From: an uncultured Spirochaetota bacterium
GTDB lineage: Bacteria; Spirochaetota; UBA4802; UBA5550
DNA length: 64,000 nt
Direction of reading: 5' to 3'
NCBI GenBank assembly: GCA_963827275.1
Contig: CAWHAA010000007.1
Location: forward strand, 64,001-128,000
Positions within the stretch are counted from its first letter, which is position 1. The number at the start of each line of letters is the position of its first letter. The notes under the pieces are model-generated. The model did no database searches, was not told the DNA's origin, and was given only the letters and a program-made list of their open reading frames with translations. A program made the translations under genes and the position numbers. Positions 57,734 to 64,000 of the stretch are shown in pieces.

Positions 57734-58313
57734 ATGATTGAAAATATGTACGCGGTAATGAAACGGATCAATGAGCTCCGCGGGCGCTTCGGGTTAAACC
57801 ATGACCCGTACCGGTGACATTGACGCAGCCCGGTCTCCGGCGAAGAGCTTCCGTGAATACCATGACGGCGTCATGGAGGCGGAGCGCCTGGCGCGCGTCG
57901 GCGGGGCCGTGACAAAGGGCACGAGCGTGGAAGAGATCCGGAAGCTGGCGGACCACTACGCGTCCGTCAACCACGTCCCGTCGGGGCTGGTAAAGGCGGT
58001 GATCGAGGCCGAATCGAACTATGACCCCCGGGCGGTATCGCCGAAGGGGGCGAAGGGGCTGATGCAGCTCATGCCGTCGGTCATAAAGGACCTGGGCGTG
58101 AACGATCCCTTTGACCCGAACGAAAATATCAGCGCGGGGACCGGTCTGCTGAAAGACCTCCTCCGCGAATACGGCGGGGACTATGCGAAGGCCCTCGCGG
58201 CGTACAACGCCGGCAGGCGCGCGGTGAACGAAAGCGGCGGCGTGCCGGACTTCACCGAAACGCGCGAGTACGTGAAGAAAGTGATAGACTCATACGTGAA
58301 AAACAGCGAGTGA
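57734..58313 (+). CDS. lytic transglycosylase (SLT domain), probable +1 frameshift near 57798
   Basis: AVIEAESNYDPRAVSPKGAKGLMQLMP, LAAYNAG, ETREYV; upstream frame MIENMYAVMKRINELRGRFG starts just after fliJ. Confidence 0.85.
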
Positions 58314-58323
58314 GAGGAGATCC

Positions 58324-58929
58324 ATGAGGAATATATCGGACAGATCAAAAATCATCTACCTGGTTATGCTTATACTGTTCATAATCGCGTTCGGACTGTT
58401 CTGGATGGACTACATAGGCCTCCTGGATATATCATCATATGTCAACCGGTTCCGGGGCGAACCGGCGCTGGTGACGGAGGCCGGTGACGACGAGCCGTCG
58501 CTGATGGAGCGCGAGGAATTCGAGAAGGAAAAGCTGAAATTCTCGGAGCGGATAGAGGACCTCGATAAGCGGGAAGCGCTGATAACCGAAAGGGAGAAGG
58601 AGATCGACGCGCTGAAGGAAAAAATGGAAGAGTCCCGCAAGGGCCTCGATCTCGAGAAGAAGAAGCTGGAGCATGAAAAGACCCGCTATTCAGGCTATAA
58701 GAAAAACGTAAAGGTCCTGGCGGTCAAGGCGATAAGCATGCCTCCTGAAAACGCGGTGGACATAATGCTGAACTGGGAAGACCCCCTTATCATCGATGTG
58801 CTCAGGCAGATCGACGCCGACGCCCAGGAGGCGGGAAGGATGAGCGTTTCATCATATCTTCTCCAGAAGATGTCGGAGAAAAAGGCGGAGCGGGCTAGCC
58901 GCATCATGTATCTTATGACCCAGATCTGA
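58324..58929 (+). CDS. periplasmic flagellar collar/MotE-like protein (FlbB-like)
   Basis: N-terminal TM, coiled coil, SMPPENAVDIM...LIIDVLRQID; position after fliJ. Confidence 0.7.
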   Translation: MRNISDRSKIIYLVMLILFIIAFGLFWMDYIGLLDISSYVNRFRGEPALVTEAGDDEPSLMEREEFEKEKLKFSERIEDLDKREALITEREKEIDALKEKMEESRKGLDLEKKKLEHEKTRYSGYKKNVKVLAVKAISMPPENAVDIMLNWEDPLIIDVLRQIDADAQEAGRMSVSSYLLQKMSEKKAERASRIMYLMTQI

Positions 58930-59036
58930 GGCGGCCCCCCGGGGCCCGCAACGGGCACCCTGCCGCCCGTCCCCCGCATCGGCCCCCCTTCCGCCGGCCG
59001 GATTGAACGGCCGGCATCATATCAAAAATTAAAAAC

Positions 59037-59066
59037 TTGACAATTGGTCGTATAAAAGTTTAAATT
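59037..59066 (+). promoter_or_regulatory. sigma70-type promoter of the GGDEF gene
   Basis: TTGACA-18 nt-TAAATT. Confidence 0.5.
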
Positions 59067-59157
59067 ATTTAAACGCGTATTTTGAATGATGCCCTGTTCG
59101 GTTGGTCTGCGACTGACGGGATTCATATCATGTAACTATTCTGTGACAGGTGCCGGG

Positions 59158-59943
59158 ATGAGTGACAGGAACGATCGTGATGATAAAGAACGGGAGCTGG
59201 GCAGCTTCGATATCAACATCATCAATATAATGACGCATCTTTACAAGAGCGCCGCGGTCGAAGATGATGTGATGGAGACCCTCAGGCAGCTGAATTTCGA
59301 ATACCATTCCCTGCTGGACAAGAACAATATCCTCGAAGAGAAGGTCAATATTGACTGGAAGACCAATCTTCTGAAATACCGTGACGATTATCTCACCATG
59401 ATAATAAAATCGGCTTCACGGATCCTGGACATCATCCCCAACGAAAAATATAACATCTCCTATGTGCGCTTCGATATCGACAACTTTTCAATGCTGAACA
59501 ACCGCTTCGGTCATGACAAGGGCGATATTGTCCTTGTCGACCTCGCGAACGTGCTGCGGATTAATTCCCGTCCGACCGACTATATCATACGGTTCGGCGG
59601 CGAGGAGTTTGACGTCATTCTCCCATCGACCGATCTCAAGGGCGCCATCACCTACATGGACAAAATATACAAAAATTTCCACTCATTGAAGTATAATTTC
59701 GACAATGCCGATGTGCGGGTCACCGTCAGCGCCGGCATGGCGATACTGGCGATGGATTTCAGGCTGCTCAAGCGCATCAATGGCGATTCGATCAAGGCGG
59801 AGTATATCAAGCTGCAAAAAGCGGCGGATGACGCCCTCTATGACGCGAAGCTCTCCGGTAAAAACCAGTTCAAGATTTACAACGACAAGATCGACTACAA
59901 GGATATCCGCACAAGGTATGCCGCCGTAGCGGTCAAGGCGTAG
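59158..59943 (+). CDS. diguanylate cyclase (GGDEF)
   Basis: DIDNF..LNNRFGHDKGD, RPTD I-site, RFGGEEF, ADDALYDAKLSGKN. Confidence 0.92.
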   Translation: MSDRNDRDDKERELGSFDINIINIMTHLYKSAAVEDDVMETLRQLNFEYHSLLDKNNILEEKVNIDWKTNLLKYRDDYLTMIIKSASRILDIIPNEKYNISYVRFDIDNFSMLNNRFGHDKGDIVLVDLANVLRINSRPTDYIIRFGGEEFDVILPSTDLKGAITYMDKIYKNFHSLKYNFDNADVRVTVSAGMAILAMDFRLLKRINGDSIKAEYIKLQKAADDALYDAKLSGKNQFKIYNDKIDYKDIRTRYAAVAVKA

Positions 59944-60550
59944 GGCCCTGTTCCGCCGTCCCGGCGGGCCTCCCGGCGTATTCGCCGATCATCCCCAGTA
60001 TCTCGCGCCTTCCGGCCTCCGTTTTGGCAGACGTGGGGAAGAGTGCGTCGAGCGTAATCCCCAGCTCTTCCGCTATCAACCGCATCCGCTGGGCGCACTG
60101 GTTGCGCGAAAGCTTGTCGCACTTGGTGAGGGTGATTACTGCGGGAACGCGGTGCCTGGCGAGGAGATCGAGCAGGTCCGCCTCGAAGCTGTCCGGCAGC
60201 CTGCGGATATCGATGAGCAGGAAGACAAGCCTCAGGTTCCCGCGCTTCTCGATGTAGTTCCGGATGAGAGGGAGAAATGCCTTGCGCATGACGTTGGGCA
60301 ATTTGGCGTAGCCGAACCCGGGAAGGTCCGCGAGGGAGATGGAATCGTTGAGGAGAAAGAAATTTACGGTTTTCGTCACGCCGGGCCGCGCACCGGTCTT
60401 CACAAGGTCTTTTTTCTTCATGAGCATGTTGATCAGGGAGGACTTGCCCACGTTCGAGCGTCCCATGAACGCGAATTCAGGCCAGGAATAGCGCGGGAAC
60501 TGCGACGGGGCGGTGCAGCTCTTGATGAAATGAACCTCGCGTATTTTCAT
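59933..60550 (-). CDS. engB: ribosome biogenesis GTPase YihA/YsxC
   Basis: GRSNVGKSSLIN, DLPGFGYA, TKCDK. Confidence 0.94.
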   Translation of the reverse strand: MKIREVHFIKSCTAPSQFPRYSWPEFAFMGRSNVGKSSLINMLMKKKDLVKTGARPGVTKTVNFFLLNDSISLADLPGFGYAKLPNVMRKAFLPLIRNYIEKRGNLRLVFLLIDIRRLPDSFEADLLDLLARHRVPAVITLTKCDKLSRNQCAQRMRLIAEELGITLDALFPTSAKTEAGRREILGMIGEYAGRPAGTAEQGPTP

Positions 60551-60987
60551 ACGGTGACACCCCGCTCCATGAGTATGGCATCGATGCCGTCATAATAATG
60601 CTTGCGCCGGCCCGTCTCGGTGAACCCGTGCGCGCTGTAAAACATGCGCGCCGCACTGTTCGCTTCGCTCACCTCGAGGTAAATTTTTCCCGTGCCGCCC
60701 GCTTCAGCCGCGGTCATTACAATATGTGATATCAGGAGGGACCCCATCCCGCGGCGGCGGGCTTCCCTGCGCACGCCGATGTTGTTCAGCTGTATGTCGC
60801 CTGCCACGTTCCATGTGACGGTAAAACCCATGATGCCGATTTCATCCTCGAGGACATGCACCGAAGAGAATTTCAGGCCCAGCTCCTCGGCGAACTGGGA
60901 GCGGTTCCAGCGGTCCTGGCCCTCGCTCTCTATCTGGCGGAGAGCGTCAATATCATCATGGGTTGCTGGTCTGATTGACGGCTTCAT
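60547..60987 (-). CDS. rimI: RimI-like GNAT N-acetyltransferase
   Basis: RRRGMG, LEVSEANSAARMFY..HGF...GRRKHYY...DAILM. Confidence 0.85.
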   Translation of the reverse strand: MKPSIRPATHDDIDALRQIESEGQDRWNRSQFAEELGLKFSSVHVLEDEIGIMGFTVTWNVAGDIQLNNIGVRREARRRGMGSLLISHIVMTAAEAGGTGKIYLEVSEANSAARMFYSAHGFTETGRRKHYYDGIDAILMERGVTV

Positions 60988-61018
60988 CCGCCCACCGGCC
61001 TTTTGTGTCCGGCACGCG

Positions 61019-61795
61019 TCACTTGTCTATCGCAACCGGGTCGCGTTTTCCGAGGAACGCGGCGACCCCCTCGCGCTTGTTTTCGGTTTCACACAGGGAG
61101 CCGAATGCGTCGCGCTCCATCGTGAGCGCCTCGTTGAATTCCATCAGCAGGCCCTTCCTGATGACCTCCATTGCCGCCTTGATCGCCGGCCTCCCGCGCA
61201 GCGCGATGGCTTTGGCGAGCTTTATTGCCTCATTGACCGCTTCACCTTTGGGGACGCAGCGGTTGACGACGCCGTACTCCGCGGCCTGGCGCCCGCTTAT
61301 GAAGTTGCCCGAGAGTATGAGCTCGTAGGCCCTCCCGGTGCCGAAAATCCGCGGCGAACGCTGTGTCCCGCCGAACCCGGGGATGATGCCGAGCTTGATC
61401 TCGGGCAGTCCCATCTGGGCGGTTTCATCCGCAAGGCGGATATGGCACGCGAGCGCGACCTCGCACCCGCCGCCGAGCGCGTAGCCGTTGATCGCGGCGA
61501 TGAAGGGCTTGTCGGCGTTGGCGATCATGTTCAACGCGTCCTGTCCGGGCTTCAGCCAGTCGCTCCCCGACTTCCGCGTGTTCAGGCCGGTGAATTCGGT
61601 GATATCGGCCCCGGCGATAAAGGCCTTGCCTTCTCCGGTGAAGACCACGACCCGCACCGCATCGTCGGCGAGGGCCTTTTCAACCGCCTGCCGTATGTCG
61701 GCGATAACGGATGTCCCCAGGGCGTTCATGGGGGGATTGTTTATCTTCATAAGCGCGACGCCATGTTCATCCACGGTATAACTGCATGTTGACAT
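61019..61795 (-). CDS. enoyl-CoA hydratase/isomerase (crotonase)
   Basis: FIAGADI, AINGYALGGGCE, GLPEIKLGIIPGFGGTQR. Confidence 0.92.
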   Translation of the reverse strand: MSTCSYTVDEHGVALMKINNPPMNALGTSVIADIRQAVEKALADDAVRVVVFTGEGKAFIAGADITEFTGLNTRKSGSDWLKPGQDALNMIANADKPFIAAINGYALGGGCEVALACHIRLADETAQMGLPEIKLGIIPGFGGTQRSPRIFGTGRAYELILSGNFISGRQAAEYGVVNRCVPKGEAVNEAIKLAKAIALRGRPAIKAAMEVIRKGLLMEFNEALTMERDAFGSLCETENKREGVAAFLGKRDPVAIDK

Positions 61796-61910
61796 GATTT
61801 GCTCCTTCAATGTGAGGTTTCAGGAAATATTGAATAAAAAAAGAGTCGGGAGGGGCCGCATTTTTGTAAACAACTTTTTCCGATCAACGGCAGCCGCGTA
61901 GTAGGACCCG

Positions 61911-62252
61911 TCAACCCCTGAAGATGAAATAGACCGCGCCCACGAGGCACAGGGCCGCCCAGAGGTAATTGAGCCGCATCGGTTCCTTCATGTAGATGAG
62001 GGCAAAGGGCACGAACACTGACAGGGTGATGACTTCCTGGAGGATCTTGAGCTGCGGAAGGGAGAGGGCCGTGTAGCCGATCCGGTTGGCAGGGACCTGC
62101 ACCATGTATTCAAAAAAGGCGATGCCCCAGCTCGCGACCGCGGCGATGTACCAGGCGAAGTTGCCCATGTTTTTCAGATGGGAATACCATGCGATCGTCA
62201 TGAATACGTTGGATATTATAAGGAGGATCACGGTTTTTGTAATGATCTGCAT
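61911..62252 (-). CDS. DMT family small membrane protein
   Basis: SNVFMTIAWYSHLK, SWGIAFFEY..QVPANRIG, QLKILQEVITL. Confidence 0.88.
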   Translation of the reverse strand: MQIITKTVILLIISNVFMTIAWYSHLKNMGNFAWYIAAVASWGIAFFEYMVQVPANRIGYTALSLPQLKILQEVITLSVFVPFALIYMKEPMRLNYLWAALCLVGAVYFIFRG

Positions 62253-62436
62253 TTCAGCCCCCGGAAACAATCGTAACAGGTACAGAGATTTATCAGGTCT
62301 GAAAAATTCAAGAATTTTTTATATTTTTACGTTGCCGCGGCGCGGTTTCGGGCCTGGACCAGAATTAATGGTTGCATTTAAACATAACAATGTTATGTTT
62401 GACCGGTAATTGCAGACGGTACGGGAGGAGTGTCAT

Positions 62437-63519
62437 ATGACGGAAGATATATATCAAAAACTGAGCAAAATGCTCGATTCAATACCGAACGGCTACCCTC
62501 CCACGGATGACGGCCTTGAGATCAGAATTTTAAAAAAGATCTTCACGCCTGAAGAGGCCGAAGTCGCGACAAAGCTGAAGATGAAATATGAAACCCCTGA
62601 AGCGATAGCGCTGAGGACCGGCATGGATGCCGCGTACCTGAAAGAGATGCTTCATAAAATGGGAGACCAGGGGCAGATCTTCGGCGTAAAGATCGGCCCG
62701 GTGAGGATCTACAAGCTTGCCCCGTTCGCTTTTGGAATATACGAGTTCCAGGTGAACCGGCTGGACCGCGAGCTGGCCGAAATGGTCGAGGAATATTTCA
62801 AGCGGGACTTCGGCAGGGAATTCTACGACAAAAAGCCGTCCCTGATGAAGGTAATCCCGATTGAGGAAGAGGTCCCCCACGGCTCACTCATCGAGCCGTA
62901 TGAAAGCGCGGCAAAGCTGATCGAAAGCGCCAAATCATGGGCAGTGGGCGAGTGCGTATGCAAAAAGGAGAGGGGCCTGATGGGGCATTCATGCAGCAGG
63001 CCGACCGAGGTCTGCATGGCCCTGGCGCCGCTGGAGAATTTTTTTGATGATTATTTCTGGGGCAGGCCCATTACAAAGGACGAAGCGTTCAAAATTCTGA
63101 AGATGGCTGAAGACGTTGGCCTGGTGCACATGACATCGAACGTGCAGAACGGGCACATATATCTCTGCAACTGCTGCAGCTGCTGCTGCGGCGTGCTGCG
63201 CGGGGTAAATGAGCTCAAGCATCCGGAAGTCGTGTCGCGCTCCAATTACCGCGCGGTGGTGGACACCGCGCTCTGCACCGCATGCGGGGCGTGCGTCGAC
63301 CGGTGCCAGGTGTTCGCGATAGCTGTGGATGCGGCGGCCGTGGTCAACGACGGCTGCATCGGGTGCGGCCTTTGCGTTTCAGCCTGCCCTGTCGGTGCGC
63401 TGTCACTTACGCGGAGAGAGGATGCCGAGATCGAGGATGTGCCGGTTGACGATGCGGACTGGAACAAAAAGCGGGCACAATCGAGGGGCAGGGACGATTA
63501 CAGGGATCTTCTGAAGTAA
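62437..63519 (+). CDS. 4Fe-4S ferredoxin-domain protein
   Basis: CVCKK, CNCCSCCC, CTACGACVDRC, CIGCGLCVSACP. Confidence 0.88.
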   Translation: MTEDIYQKLSKMLDSIPNGYPPTDDGLEIRILKKIFTPEEAEVATKLKMKYETPEAIALRTGMDAAYLKEMLHKMGDQGQIFGVKIGPVRIYKLAPFAFGIYEFQVNRLDRELAEMVEEYFKRDFGREFYDKKPSLMKVIPIEEEVPHGSLIEPYESAAKLIESAKSWAVGECVCKKERGLMGHSCSRPTEVCMALAPLENFFDDYFWGRPITKDEAFKILKMAEDVGLVHMTSNVQNGHIYLCNCCSCCCGVLRGVNELKHPEVVSRSNYRAVVDTALCTACGACVDRCQVFAIAVDAAAVVNDGCIGCGLCVSACPVGALSLTRREDAEIEDVPVDDADWNKKRAQSRGRDDYRDLLK

Positions 63520-63655
63520 CCTTCCGGCGGGGACCGCGGAAAAAAATTAGCTGGACTCTTCATGCCCTTTATGATAATGTGAAGCAGGGATCCCGGAGCC
63601 CGCAAGAGCGGCATGCGCGAAGCAGGGGATCGATAGTTATAACAAAGGAACAGCC

Positions 63656-64000
63656 ATGCGGTTAAAGAAGCTCATACGGTCCCTGAAGGAAAAGGGGGCC
63701 CTGCCGTACCTTGTCACCGACCTGGTGAACATACGGTATCTCACCGGCTTTGCCGGCTCCTACGCCTGCCTGGTCGTCAGCGGGGACCGTTCGTATTTCA
63801 TCTCCGACTCACGGTACGAGGAATACGCCCGGATCGATTCTGCCGAAATCGGTCGAATTCGTGCTGCAGAAGACCGATATGATCGATTCCCTGCAAGAGG
63901 TGCTGAAAAAGGCCGGCGCGAAGGAGTTGTTCCTGGAAGAACATTCCACACCCCTGTCGGTCTTCCGCAACATGCAGCGCCTGATAAAGAAGGTACGGCT
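63656..64000 (+). CDS. Xaa-Pro aminopeptidase (M24) N-terminal part, truncated by the window end, +1 frameshift near 63830
   Basis: NIRYLTGFAGS...FISDSRYEEYA creatinase-N motif; sensible continuation SILPKSVEFVLQK... in the +1 frame; not in the ORF track. Confidence 0.8.
   Translation, partial: MRLKKLIRSLKEKGALPYLVTDLVNIRYLTGFAGSYACLVVSGDRSYFISDSRYEEYARIDSAEIGRIRAAEDRYDRFPARGAEKGRREGVVPGRTFHTPVGLPQHAAPDKEGTA

Noticed and set aside
60692..61792. 366-aa plus-strand ORF
   Set aside because: Antisense shadow of the enoyl-CoA hydratase and rimI genes
63580..63632. Short direct repeat GAAGCAGGG(G)ATC twice before the peptidase gene
   Set aside because: Two short copies only, no associated element; may be chance

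Overview
Chromosomal window of a GC-rich spirochaete (Spirochaetota). FlaA sheath protein, a flgBC-fliEFGHIJ-slt-motE cluster, Leptospira-type Omp85, a membrane-anchored AraC and 7TM-DISM sensors point to a Leptospirae-related, probably anaerobic lineage (inference). Contents in order: riboswitch-controlled btuB with divergent cobU-cobS-cobT; HD-GYP protein; M29 aminopeptidase; secretory lipase and partner; InlB B-repeat surface lipoprotein; apgM/moaE/moaD; btuF-btuC-btuD; flaA; carB-pyrR; two hybrid kinases; an orphan HTH-fused N6 DNA methyltransferase; housekeeping, regulatory and GMC oxidoreductase genes; the flagellar basal-body cluster; GGDEF, engB, rimI, enoyl-CoA hydratase, a ferredoxin-like protein and a partial Xaa-Pro peptidase. 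No rRNA, tRNA, CRISPR, transposase, integrase or reverse transcriptase was seen. Main unexplained structure: (1) an 8 x 22-bp array of the palindrome CCGATA-AC-TATCGG at 48679-48854; (2) flagellar intergenic gaps holding REP-like hairpins and unannotated translationally coupled mini-ORFs; (3) a missed 43-aa CxxC-CxxC protein; (4) a sigma54-type promoter with three phased upstream boxes at the lipase; (5) six single-base insertions (carB x3, fliJ, slt, pepP) that most likely are sequencing or assembly errors. All calls come from motif recognition by eye; no searches were run.
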